Positions 1 to 12,747 are shown, counted from the first letter of the stretch. The stretch: DNA of 20,000 nucleotides from Catajapyx aquilonaris (GCA_000934665.2 KZ538075.1:111751-131750); one strand, 5' to 3'. Translations and numbers: made by a program. Notes: generated from the sequence alone by a model not told the origin.

Positions 1-1206
1 GTCGAGGGCCTCCGCATTAGGAATGCCAGATGTCCAGCAAGTGTTTGCGGAGGAAACAAGGCTATAAAATCTTAAAAGGCGTAAACCACCGGATTCCTTC
101 AGCACCTTACAAGACGCTGCAGCCCCCGTATAGCCCAAACTGGAGCTATAGCCGGAAAGAGGGCTCCGGGTTTTACGGCCAGTTTCTGCCAGTCGTCGTA
201 ATGTTTCCATATGTGGAGAGGGTTCATCTGGGGCCCACTTGGAAACCCGCAGCTTCCTTATCATGGCCTGGGAGTTAGTTATTCTCCACCGGTAACACCA
301 TCATATGGTTTTTTTTTTTCGGAGCCAGACATATGGCCAAGATCCATCGGGGGAGTTCCGCTTCAAAGACGTGTAAACACCTTGCCACTGGGTTTATTGC
401 AGCGTTTCACTCCAGGAAGCAGGCTGTTTTCATTAATTCCCTGCTAGTTAACTGTCTTGACATTGTTAACTCCCAATTGAACGGAGGATGTGACCCGATC
501 TGCAGGGACTTGCGAAACTGCTGGCCACATGCGTGCTATTGTTGTGCAAGGTCGACCAAGGTTGGCTTTGCCGGCGAGAAGTTTATTTTGCTCGCGCATA
601 CCTCTCTACAGCGTAACCCAAGAGTTCCTTGGGGGTCACGGCAAATGTCCGCGACTTGTCACCTGGAGTGGAACATACATTTTTTTTAAAACACATACAT
701 GTATTAAGTTGAAATAGTTGGCAGTACTGGTGCTGGAATATAGTCAATATGTGTACACTGTACCTGCCCTTGACCTAGCCGGAGATGGTCCGGATGCACA
801 AGGAGGGCTTATGCAGGGCGGATCAAAAGTGAGGGGGTGGACAAACAACCTCATTAGTCATGGGTGGAGACTCTCCTTCGACTCTTAGGTCAGGGCGGGT
901 GGAGAGAATCCAATTGCGATCTCCGGGATTATTCTGATCGCAGGTGGTTGTTGACCTCCCTGCTGAAGGTGATGACCACACTTTTGAGGAATGTTCCACA
1001 ACGCCTGTAATGCAGTATGAAATTGGCCAAGATTGTCGTCACTCCCCCCCCAAGATGGTTGTCCAACATCTTGGAGGTGACTCGTGGCGTCACCCTGGCA
1101 ACCCGGTGCTTGAAGGGGTGGAAGAGGAAGGGGGTAGGGTGGGGGGTCTATAGTCTGGCACGTGCGGGGCGGGGTGGGAAGGTAAAAGGGGTTTTGGTTG
1201 TCGGAT

Positions 1207-1230
1207 GGCGTCGTCGGCGTCGGCGTCGTC
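1207..1230 (+). repeat. Short imperfect GGC/GTC triplet repeat
   Basis: ggcgtc gtc ggcgtc ggcgtc gtc. Confidence 0.8.
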
Positions 1231-1584
1231 TGAAGGGTAAAATTAGCCCCGGAAGAGGGGTTGAGTCCCGCGACTGATTCAACGCGTGACTTGATTTGTC
1301 GACGTGAGACGCACGCACGTGGCGTCTGAACCTGTATGTTCCTTAGCTGACCGTGGTCATACAGTCCCAGCCGACGCGGTTTTGTCCGTAATGCGATGCA
1401 AGGCAACGCGACCTACCCCAGCAGTCTATTGATTCGTTCTAATGACAGACTGACGCCGTGCGAAAGGCGTTTACGTGCATAGTGGATTACACCTTTGCTG
1501 GGCCCGAGTTAGATTTCTTACGCGCGGCACAGTTGAATATTGATTAAACCTAATTAAGCTTCAAAGTGATCTTGTCTGAGATGC

Positions 1585-1630
1585 AAGGGGAGGGAGAAAA
1601 GGGGAGAGAGAGAGGGAAGGGAAGGAAGGG
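1585..1630 (+). repeat. Pure polypurine (GA-rich) low-complexity tract
   Basis: 46 consecutive purines, including (GA)n and GGAA units. Confidence 0.9.
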
Positions 1631-1811
1631 TAATGCGGAATATTTTCCTGTGAAGTTGTCTTCGCTCTAAATGAGATTGTGCCGAGCGGCGTAGGATTTC
1701 CAAGAGGAGAGGGATTCCTTGTTGTTTGATGTAGGATTTGTAGCAAAGCGCTCAAAATTTCACTAATTAGCACCTTGGGTTAATGGGGCTGTTGTAATAA
1801 ACCTACAATTA

Positions 1812-1842
1812 GGGCGGAGGGTCTGGGGGGCGGGCTTGGGGG
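1812..1842 (+). other. Canonical G-quadruplex-forming motif
   Basis: ggg-cgga-ggg-tct-gggggg-c-ggg-ctt-ggggg matches (G3+N1-7)3G3+. Confidence 0.6.
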
Positions 1843-2254
1843 TACAGTACCTGCGCCAATATTGGGGCCTCCAAGTGCAAAAACCATTTAGCCGGCATGA
1901 GGGGGCTATGATGTAAAATGTAAGCGGGGTGGATGTCAAAATAAATTGTATTCTTTGGCAGCGTAATGAACCCCACGATGAAGGATAAGGCCCTGTTCTA
2001 AATGTCTTGCGCCCCAAGCGACAGTCGGAGTCGGTAGACAAATTAGACCTGCTGGTTTTGAGTATGCATATCAAGTGGGCCACCCCGAAGAAGGATGAGT
2101 GTAAAACATGTAGCCTGGGCCGTCCCAACAAATCGTGCATGACTTCTGCACTTGCTGCTGCAAGACATCCTTATCGGTATGCAGCCCGCTATAGCCGAAC
2201 GACATCGCCAAGGGGAGGCCGGACCCCACCCACCCTTTTGCATATACACACTAG

Positions 2255-2270
2255 CACACACACACACACA
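2255..2270 (+). repeat. (CA)8 microsatellite
   Basis: Direct reading. Confidence 0.9.
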
Positions 2271-2714
2271 CCGACTGCAGCATGTTATGTCCGTGGGATG
2301 GGAACAATTACTCGGGTGGGATTGATGAGTGTTGCCGCGGTTTGAGCATTTGTCGTGTGCAGCAGAGAGAGGAGCTGGGGGAGGGAGGAGGGTGGAGAGA
2401 GGGGTATGTGGAGAGGATCGGGTGGGGAGGGGTTGTAGTTTCCGCCTGACAGGCCTTATCAGACGTAACAAATGACCAAAAGGCCAGCAGACCACGGACC
2501 ATATTAACGGCGAGTGGCTGCGCCTGGGCTTGTCATCGGCAAAAGGACCGGAGCCCGGATTGCAGAGGCCAATCCTGCTATCCATGTCCGGAGGAACTTT
2601 TCCGTGTCACTGCCATGGGATGCAGGCGTGATGTATGCGATGTTGGGGGCAGGGGAGGAGTTCAACCCCTCTCCTCTTTCTGCCTTTTTGGGGGGAGGGA
2701 AGGACGGTCTTACC

Positions 2715-2731
2715 NNNCCCCCCCCCCCCCC
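2715..2731. other. Ambiguous bases (nnn) abutting a C14 homopolymer
   Basis: nnn at 2715-2717 followed by C14. A second n at 15956 follows G13 (15943-15955). This is typical sequencing/assembly uncertainty at G/C runs. Confidence 0.9.
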
Positions 2732-4855
2732 AATGCGTGCCGGAGCCTTACCAGGAATAGCCCGGATTGACGAAAATTGATACGTGCTGGTGGACTGCGT
2801 GAGAGAATCTTTACTTCAGGTCTTCAGCACCCTGGCATATGGTAGAAATTGAATTGATGGAACACCCGGAGTCTTTCGATCATTCGAAACGCAGTGCGGC
2901 CACGATTTCTATTCATGACAGCCGACCGTTGCGGGATTAGTATGTATACCGGTATGTCTCGCAGGTAACGCACACACATTTGAGATATTCAGCCAGATCC
3001 GTCGGATGAACAGCGCGATTAATTCCATCGAAAGAGAAGCAGGACATCGATTTGATATAGGGGATTGAAGAGTAACGGTACTACCTTCCACCGACGACAA
3101 TCCTTTTCCTTGGCCTCACCCCTTATGCCGCCCTCCCTTGCACACGTCCTGTTACAAGCACCTGACATCACATTATTCGCGGTGTTGAAGCTCGAAGCGC
3201 TCACGATCACCATAAAACGCACGTTTTACTGCAGGAAAGTTGCAAGAAGGGGGGCTACGGCGTGTCATGGGTTTAGCATACTCGGCGTCGGGGCGTTTGT
3301 CATTTCCTTCATGCAAATGAGGGGCACTGGGACAACTTTGCTTGTTGCCGGATAAATGAGAGAGGGGTTTGATGTGGCACATGTGCGCATATTATTAGCA
3401 AGCCCAAGAGGTGGAGGAACATCAGGAGGAGGTGTTGGTGTCGGGTACCGCCCGCCGAAGTCGATTCCCAATTAAAAATTCCGGGGTGGAGACAGGGGCG
3501 GAGGGAGATAAAATCCGGTCCCTGTGTGCTGAAGGAAACAGGGTTAGGGAGGAGACGGCGTGAGTTGGAATGAATGAGGCTGAGAGAGACAGGAGGGAAT
3601 CTTGCGGCCAGGAGATGTCCGGAGAAACACCGCCTAAACTAGTGACAAATAGTCCGGGGCGCTCAACCGGAGCGGGATTCGGACCGTGTGCTCCCTTTCC
3701 TCAATTCACTCTTGGGTGATCCGGCCTTTCTCACAAGTTTCCAACGGGGGGGAAGAAGGGAGGGAAAAGGGGGCACAACTTCCCCAATCGATCGCACTGG
3801 CGGTTTGACAGAGGCTCCCGGGCTAGTTTGCATAATGACACATTTTCAAGATGGCTGCCAACTCTCTCCCCACCGATTGGATTATATATATATATTTTAA
3901 AAAAAGAGCGTCGCGGCTGTCCTTTGTTCCGGCCACTATTTGGAAGCGTCTGGCTGCCATACACCTGATTAAGCTCACCTGTTGCGCCGCGTGTGTTACA
4001 GTCTCCAGTATGTATGAAACTACCGGGTCAGCTTTCCCAAGGTGGGCTCCCGATTCTAGACACGTTGCCCACACGTCATCGCTGTAAGTGACCCTGGCCA
4101 CATTTGCGTAATTACCTCCTGGGGAGCATTTGTGCGGCCACTAAAAACCGTTTTCATCCGGTTAGAGGTGGGCGAGAGGTGTATGTGATGAGGCTTCAGA
4201 GTGACTCGGGGCTTTTCCGAGGCGACGGCCCCTTTTGCCAAATTTGATTCCTAGAGCCTGCGGACGGAGAGGTTTTAAAAATTCAGGACCAAAACACTTG
4301 CGATGTCACAAACATGCGATTTTGCAGCAGGTGTGTGGAGAAAGTTGCGTCGCGTCTGTACCTCATCTGCATGCGTTGGGGCCTCCGGACTAATTAAACC
4401 GGAGGAAGGGAGGGAAAGATGGGGGAGAGGCAAAAGTGGACCGGGGGAGTGAATGAGTGAGGTGAGGGTGAAAATAATTTCAGCCTGGACGTCACGTGGA
4501 CTCGTTTTTTTTCTCCCCTCCCTCGAGGTGACAAAGCTGGACAAATAATGAGCCATCGTCTAGGGAAGGGGGTCAGTCATGTATATACGCTGGACTTATT
4601 AGCCAGCGAAAAGAGGGGGATCGATTGGGGGTGGGAGATCATTTGGTAACGAATGTGTCAGCCCATGTGTGTCCAACTCCCACTGCACACACACTCACAT
4701 GCTGAGTCAGCACCCCGTTCATCCCCAAGCTCCGCTCAAGCGGCAGGACAAAATCCGGACCAAAGGGCGGGGCAGTTTAGATTCGGCTGGGGATAGTTAG
4801 TTGTGACGGGATTTAGCCAACTTTGCATGGACCTCATCCCACCTCTGGGCCATTA

Positions 4856-4870
4856 GGGGGGGGGGGGGGG
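4856..4870 (+). repeat. G15 homopolymer
   Basis: Direct reading. There is another G15 at 18572-18586. Confidence 0.95.
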
Positions 4871-7800
4871 TAGCCTGGGTACAGGGACAAAGGTTTTTTT
4901 CCCATTCTTTTTTTTTTTTTTTGGCCAGTGGGTCGGAGGGTTGAGGGGCAAGACCCTTCGGGGCGTCGGCAGGGTTTCACTCCTTTTTTAGAACCTCGCC
5001 CCGAGTTTTAAAAGTAGACGACGGGTAGGCGGTCATATCCCGCCTTTCTTTGTTGCCCGAACGGCGTGACCTGGCTACCGGAAGCTGGACCCAACCCCTC
5101 GATAACGGATCAGACTGACCCGTGCATGTGTCACATTATTTTGGGAGGCGGTAAGCAGGGGGAAGATTAATAGCACGGAAGCATGAGTAACCGGCAGATT
5201 CTTCAATCTTTCTTGTGTTTACCCCCCAGCATGCAGCTGCCATTTTCCGATTGTCGCATATATTTTTTTACAGGCGACAAAGGCATGATTAGTGGCAGGG
5301 GATTGGGATGATGAACGGTCGAAAAAGCTTCCTCCTTGGTCTTCCGACAGCCCAGCCGCAGCTCGGTTTCCTTCTTCCGCGTGGAAATGTGCAATTCCTC
5401 TCACCTGTTGCGAATGGCGCAGGAGCCCCGAGTTTGTGTTTGCCGCTCCGTATAATCCCGTCAGTACGCCTGTGCATAACCCGAGTTGTAATGTCAATAC
5501 TGCTAATCATGACAGGCAGGGTGGGAGAGAGAAACTAATTTGCCGCGGAAAAGGAAGTGTGAGGGCGGCCCAAGACGGTCCAGCATCAGATGTGAAATCA
5601 TGGTTCAGGTCTGGTGATTCTGAAGGTGACTGGCTAATTGAACTATGAGCTTGTCCTTGGTTTTGCATCCGGAATAACCGTTACTTTTTTTTTTTTTAAC
5701 TGAGGGGGGGTGGACATCCCCTTGGGGGTTTCCATCGAAACATCTTGCATTGGTGAAACCATTTCTCTCGGGAAGCCGTCGATTCGGATCAAACCACGGC
5801 CATCCGAGTCGGCGCCATCTACTTTGCATACGAGTAGCGCTGCCCCATTACCATTATCTGTAGAAGGGAAGGACTGGAGGGTGTAAACCACTTCTTTATT
5901 CCTCGGGGCGCCTGAACTTTAAGCGAAATTGGCTTTTTATGCGCCATAAAGCCAACATTGGAAGAGGAGCTATACAGTTGGCTCATGGCGGCACTGAAAC
6001 CTCTTCTCGCATGACCAGAATTCGTCAAGACGGAGGCCCCCAGCTCAAGGAAGGAAGCTCATTGTCCTCCTTCTGGCTGCAAAATACCCCCCTCAAGCCC
6101 CACCCTCTTTCCTTTGTCTTCACTTGAGGAGATACCAGTGCAGGGTCATCTACACCCGGAGATATTCACTATCTCCTCCCTAGGCTCCTTCCAAGAGTTG
6201 TCATAAACCTGGAGCGAAAATCCCTGGGTGCCCGCAGGACCTCAGGTTGAGTGCCTACACCGCATACACGCTGGCCGCATAAACATGTGTGTAATTGCCC
6301 AGATGCCCTCACTTTATCCGGGACTTGCCTGCCGGAGTTTACGGCGCTTCTCGCGCCATGAACTTTATGAAAAGCACATTTGAAATTCAGGAGCAGGCGC
6401 CAGTAGTCGTGGTGCAAGCTAGCTACCTGGCGATAAACACCGCTGCCCGAATCGCCCAAGACGACACATGTGGAGGTCATATAATATGTTGGCTCGCGAT
6501 ATGGACCTGCTGGGGAGGGGCCTCCTGCTGGGAAAACTGGCAGCTGTTGGAGATGTTGAGGAAAAACCAAGAGCAGGCCATCTTCTTTGTCCATGCAAAA
6601 AGGGAAGAGAGAAGGAAGGAGTGGGCGGCTGGTGAGAATCCTGGCTGGGTCAGGTCATCTGTGGGTGGCTTTGCACTGGAATAAACTTCCGCGCCTATCT
6701 GGCCAGTAGGATCACCAACCTTCCATCACGCGTCAGGCCCTATCACCGCCGACCATTCTGCTACCGACAACGTTTCTCAGGGAATGGCTGTTTTTACGGC
6801 TGTCCACCTATACCGGTTTTTTACCTTCCCAATGGACAAAAGGTGTGAGTCATCCCACGTCCAAACGCTTATTGTGAATTGCGCGTTTCTGGGCTTACTC
6901 TTTAAGCGGCCAGGCCTCACAGCGGGGCTTTTGCTCAAGGTATATCAATAATCTCTGGAAGGAAAAATCGTGTCCCGTATTTAATGGGCTCACATGTCGT
7001 GACCCTGTCCGGCTGCCTTTATTTTCTATCTACACTGCGTCGCTAAAGTGGACCCCGCCCGAAATACTCGCATTTGAAAATCCTAACAATATTCCACGCA
7101 GCCAGTTCCAGTACTACTTTATTACTATGCAATCGATGCGCTCAGCAGGTAAATCTTCCGGGCAAACTGCAGTTAGAAGGAAATTTGCAGGCAACATAAA
7201 AAAGGCCAGATCACGATGGTGTAAGAGAAGAGGGCAGACGGGTCAAAGGTGGCGATCGAGACCGATATCTCTCCCAAGTGAGGCCCTTTTGGCGCACACA
7301 TGTCGCTGCGAGTCTGTCCGAAACCCACCTATTACATTGTTTTCCCAGGAAGAAAAGGTCCGAGCCGAAGCGCATGAGAATTAGGGTATTCGGAAGGTTA
7401 TCACGAGAGGATTTTTTCGTGAGGGGCCACGTGATTTGATGCCTAGGCATGCCATTAATGTCTGGAACGATGCTCACCTGAGGTTAGCTAATGAACAGTG
7501 GTCATTCACGAAGAGAACGTGACGAGGCTCAATTGCCGTAATCTCAGCCTACGATTTGGGAAGCCTGCGCAATTAGTTAATTATACGAGTCAATGTTGGC
7601 AAAAAGGACCCGATGCCCAAGTGACTGGTCTTGACCCTTGCACGGAATATAGTTAGTAACTGTCAAAAGTAATCGAAGTTGCTACCAATGTGGATAATCC
7701 GGTTTGTCACCACGCCTTGCAATTGCAACTTAACGGTACCGCACAGGGCCGTGTGTGTGAACTTTTTGGTGAAGAGACAGCAGGATAATTTTTATGAAAG

Positions 7801-9924
7801 ACTTCCTGGGATTGCATGGTTTGGAATCGGGAGTGGGAGATGCCGGCGGTGATAAATTCCCGAGTCGGTTGTGCCCCCAATATGGGAAGGTCACGAGCTT
7901 CAATCATTTCTTATCATCGGGGGTGCTAAGAAGGGGCCTAATTGAACCAGGGGTCAACGCGTAGAAAATGCGAGGGTCTCGTTACATGGAGGCCGGCGCA
8001 ATTTGTGTCAGGCCAGCGCTTTCAAACAACATCTTAATGAAAAATATGTTGTCCTCTGGGCTGGCGGGTCATTACTTTTTGGGCACCGGAGCCTGCAAGC
8101 GTTCACCTCTGAGGATACGGGTCATTGGCGCCCTTGTCAACATTCCGTTCGGTTCTGACTTGGCCGGGGTGTGGTCGGAAATTCGCCGCCTGTGTCTTGT
8201 CAAACCCTAATGTTATGGCCTCTATACCCAGTCAGCAATCGTTTAAGCTTATCGTTAGTTGAACCTGCATTACTTTTTTTTTTTTTTTTTTTGCTGGAGA
8301 AAGATGGGGCTGCTCGCCCCGGATGGCATATATCACGGCCTTTCCGCTTCATGTCACCGTCGTAGATGCACAGGCGACACTAACGGCCAGCGACAGGGCT
8401 ACATTCCTCTTCGGCCATCGTGTTTGCATAATTTTGACATTCGGCTCCATTTGAATCTGCCTGGAGGCCTGACGGGACCCCTTTCCTGGTGTGGGACCGA
8501 TGCAAGTGTGGCTTAGGTAAGGTCTTGCCCAGGGCAACGCCCTCGGAGGGGCAGGGCCCACCTTTGGAAAGCCGTTAGAAGGATGAAGGGGGGGACCTTC
8601 TTTCTCGAACTCAATTACAGAGGCCCTTGTACTTCATCAGTGTCTGGAGCGACCGCCATTCGCCCAGCGTCTTGTCAAGACAATGCATGTGTCACCTACA
8701 TTTTTCAGAAATTATTTTTCAATTTGCCCGACCTCCACATATTAGAAAATTATTATATTTTTTGAAGGGGGCTACATCACCTGGTGCTGATTGGCTCCAT
8801 GGTCAGGCCCGCCTGATTTTCCTCCTGAAACTCCAGGTGTTCCACATAAACCTTGGTCCGAACACTCTTTGCCCCCCATCAGCGAGCCCTCCCCATTATT
8901 AATGGCCATTAGTGAGTTTCGGGCGGAGGGAATGGACCCTTTTCTTGCTGCTAAAAAGTTGGAGCCGTTTTTTCCCCTCCCACTGAGGGTTTGCCCTCGA
9001 CCCTCTTTCACCTTGTCTACCTGCCGGACCCAGAAAGTGCCGCATGGAAATGTAAATTGCGCAGTTTTTTATATAGCGAAAGGTGCCCCCCTTCCTTTTT
9101 TTTGACCCCTAGGGCACGCTGCTCCAACCTGCGCGACATTTTTTTCCAATTAACGTATCACCTTACCCACCACATCCTTATCCCTTTATATAGGCTTATA
9201 TACAATATCCTTTTTTTTTTTTACCCTACCTTTACCCCTGTGCGTTTTAACTGCCCTTCTTTTGATTGGAGGCAAGCTGGTGGTCGGAACAAAAGGCGCG
9301 GAATGAAGAGTAGAATACAGGTGTTGGAGCATATCCCTTCCCAGATAGGCATTGAAGCGTTCCATTGTTCTCAGGCAGTAGAAATCTGAGAAACTGACAA
9401 TGTAAATGCCTCTGACTCCGTGCGACAAACGGCTAGTGGCAAAAAAAAAGAGGTTTACACGCCATTTACACATCATGTAGAGCATTTTTTTTAAAGGGAG
9501 CCAATGTTGCTGGTGGAAATTGTAGCAGGGAAAAGAGCTGGGTTGCTTTCTTCTCAGCTGATGCCGGCATTTTCTCTGAGAATGAATTACGGGGGGCTAC
9601 CTTTTACCCGAACAATGCGTCTTAAACAATGCGCGAGTTCATGCTGGGGGTTGAAAGGGGACGCCACTATATTTTAGACAGCGTTATTAAGTGCTTCGCC
9701 TTGTTTAGGTACAGCGCAATTTTTATATTACAAGACAAGTCCCATCACTGTCATCTTGAGCTATGAAGTTATCAGCCGATTTTGGGCACGCGCTGAAATG
9801 GATTGCAGGGATAACGAGGCTGTAAATGGTCAAGGTTGACCAGAAGTGACCTGCCCCATAATGAAGTCCTGCAAAAAGGCATTGTTTCTTTAGTTGGGGT
9901 GGTGGCATTGTCCTGGGGGGAACC

Positions 9925-9968
9925 TTAAATTAATTATAAATTATATAATAATAAATTAAATAAATATT
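9925..9968. repeat. 44-bp pure A/T island
   Basis: ttaaattaattataaattatataataataaattaaataaatatt, with no G or C, in about 50% GC flanks. Confidence 0.9.
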
Positions 9969-10837
9969 GTGGGCGCCTTGGTAGTGGGCAAGCTGGCGAA
10001 ATGTTTCAAAGTCCGGAAGCGGCCACTGATCGTTTTAGGCACACGTGGCAACGTTGCGGTCCGGAGTAATAAGCTCTTCAGTGCGGCTAATGAAAATTTA
10101 CACCCGCGCATTGCAGGTTAATAGTCTGGGGCATTTTGTGCAGGAGTGTGGGGGGAAGTGTGTGTGGAGTGGCCTCGATGAATTACTCATGCTACCAGAG
10201 GGGGAGGAGGAGATAGGAAGGGGGAGGGGGTGAGCTTCTACTTTCCCCAGTTTGTACTTCTCAGTACTTGAAATTATTGTAGGACGAATAATTCCGGAGG
10301 AATACAAAGCGTGGGGGGAGGCTCGTAATCGGTTGGTAATTGAGGGTATCGAGGTTGGGTAATTACGGCCTGATTGGCTGTAGCATGGAGAAATTGTCAG
10401 GGGGAGGGATAATGAGAGGGCGACAGTGCTGAAATGTTATGGAGCAAAGGATGGATTTGATGGTAGACGTGTGATTTCTAGGGAGCCCAGGTAATAACTG
10501 ATTGATTACACCTATCGATTTGGGTCAGTGGGCCCATAGGTGGGCCCCAATCATTCACCCAAGGGCCAAGACAAGGCGCCATTGTGCAAAGTAAATTTGG
10601 CCATTCTCTACGCTCTTCATCACTGTCTGCTGGCAAAGCAGAGAACCACTTCACACCCATATAGAAGTTGGTGCCTGAAGGTGGGGTCGGCCAGTAACAA
10701 ATGTGCATGTAAGGAAACCACGTGAGATATGTGGAGAGACGTGACCTCTTGGGCGTCAGTCCCGGAGTCCAAGGAATGCTCGCTTAATTACGTGCCAGTT
10801 TCCACAAGTGTCTTGTGTTTTAAAAAGCATTACATCT

Positions 10838-10875
10838 CACTAATAGCCATTTTTCTTCTCCTTCCGCAGGTAAGT
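10838..10875 (+). other. Candidate recursive splice site (3' acceptor fused to 5' donor, AG|GT at 10869/10870), or a strong exon-end donor
   Basis: Sequence cactaat-agcca-tttttcttctccttcc-gcag|gtaagt. It has a CTRAY branch motif (A at 10843, 27 nt before the junction), 16 consecutive pyrimidines (10850-10865), CAG, then a perfect GTAAGT donor. Confidence 0.6.
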
Positions 10876-11515
10876 GACCGGAGAACCAGCTGCGTGGTCT
10901 GTCCTTCGCTGCTGACGTGATGTAAGGATGGAGTGAGGCGATGCATGTTCAAGCACTTCTTCTGGGGGCCAGGTCAGGGCACTTAATAAGGGCTGCGCTG
11001 ACACACGGGGGACATGTTCAGGATAAACCTGCGTGGTTTATGTGAATAGGGGGGATCGCCGTTACTAGCAGGGATTGCAGTGTTCAATTGCGGACACGTT
11101 TTCGTGAAGAGTCCGGGGTGGTCTCCTTTGTCCATTGGAGGAGCTGATGGTGCAATTTGGGGGTCGCCAGCATGATGCCCCGACCACGGTGTCGCCACGG
11201 TATGGCCATAGGGTATGTTAAAAGTTGCGCCGACTTCCGGTCCTGCTGGCCATTTTCGGACCCACACGGTCACCAATAATCCGCTCAACCCAATCGCCAT
11301 GCCAGTTATGAACCCGTATTTACAGGTCTTTGGGTCGCCTAATCTCGATAATAGGATTGGTCAGAAGCCTGTCCCCGTCTGGGTCAGGAGGGTATTTCAG
11401 ATGGCCAACGGAAAGAATGAGAGTAGGGAGAAAGGGGACCTGACAATGATGGATGAGAGATAATGTAAATCATTAAGCGTCACAAAGGGAATCTCATGCC
11501 CGGACAAAAAAATAA

Positions 11516-11559
11516 GTGGGGGGTAGGGGGAGCAGGGGGTTGGCGGTGGGGGGTAGGGG
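11516..11559 (+). repeat. G-quadruplex-type motif built on a 14-bp direct repeat
   Basis: gtggggggtagggg occurs at 11516-11529 and 11546-11559. The stretch has five runs of 4 or more G. Confidence 0.7.
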
Positions 11560-12747
11560 ACAATGATATCGATGGTTGCTTGTAGTGATAATAGCCCTGG
11601 CAAGACAGGAAATTAAACCTGGGGAGGAATGGTTTGCTAGCTCTGCTGGCTGGATGTGTAGGAACAAGTTGCTCGCAATTCACTGTCAGACAAGACGCCT
11701 TCACATTTTTGCCTTCTTCAACTCCTGATCGCCCTCTGAAGGTCTCCTGAGGTGTGACAAGAACCGCGTAAGGTCACCGCCAGGAAACTCGGGTCAGATC
11801 CGGCGAAAATCCGTCACCGGTCACATTCAAAGTCGACCACAAGGAACTAAAACGCTTTTTCAGCCGTGTAATTTAAATGAGTTTCAAAGGATTTAAGCCC
11901 TTTCGGGAAAGAGTTATTACAACAGAGGTGGTTCAACTTGAGATTAGGAGCCGACTTCAATCGGCTGCTTTTCCATTTATGACCCGTTCCATTAGAGCTG
12001 TTTCCATGTATGATGCTGAGGGCCCCAAGCCCATCCCCAAAGAGCAGCGTTCAATTTTCCCGGCCTGGGGGAAAAAAATAGGGGCTGGTGGGAAACTGGT
12101 CCGGTAGAGGTCGAGCCGATGGTCACTTGACCCTTCGAAGGGATAAGGTCAGAAGGGACATCTCTGGCAGCAGCTGCAACCCTTCTTTTTCAAATCGGGT
12201 TTTTCCGTTGGAGGCCTTTTACATTTTTGAACCGCCCAATTCATCAATAAATGTCCATTCATTGGCATGGATAGGGAGGGGATGGGACCCTTGCTTTTGC
12301 AGATGTTCCAAAAATTGAAGCAATTGCAAAAGGTCGACTCAGTCGGAATGATTCAAAAATTTATGCCCTCTAAGATTGATCCGACTCTTTTCCGTTTCAC
12401 TTCGGACGAGATTACTTCGGAACGAAATCTGATAATGGCCCGAAACGGTTTCCTCTTTTATCTTCCAAACGAAGTAATTCGCGCGGAAATCTCCCCAAGT
12501 TTTGTAATTGACAGGGAAGTTTGCAAATTATGGCGCAATAATTCAATTAACGCCACACGGACGCGGATGTTTTGACTCTCTGTCTTGCGATTGGGCAACA
12601 AATATCCGGATTTTTGTGAGAGAAAAAAAAGCGTAATTCTTGAACCTTCCCCCGAAGCGTGAGGTAATTTTCGAACAAAAAGTCTGCAAAAGGGCGGAAA
12701 CGAATAGGAAGTAAGAGCACAAAAGTCGGCAGATTTATTTCCCGGCC

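Noticed and set aside
1038..1081. Hairpin gtcac..ccaagatg / catcttgg..gtgac
   Set aside because: It has an 8-bp core with a large internal loop, is too short for a pre-miRNA, and is within chance.
6295..6684. 129-aa ORF overlapping a 141-aa antisense ORF
   Set aside because: No recognisable homology, and no convincing splice or start context.
12267..12575. 102-aa ORF with a possible acceptor (ttttgcag, 12302) and donor (gaa|gtaatt, 12474)
   Set aside because: The composition is protein-like, but I recognise no family and the donor is weak. The reverse frames I translated showed no transposon motif.
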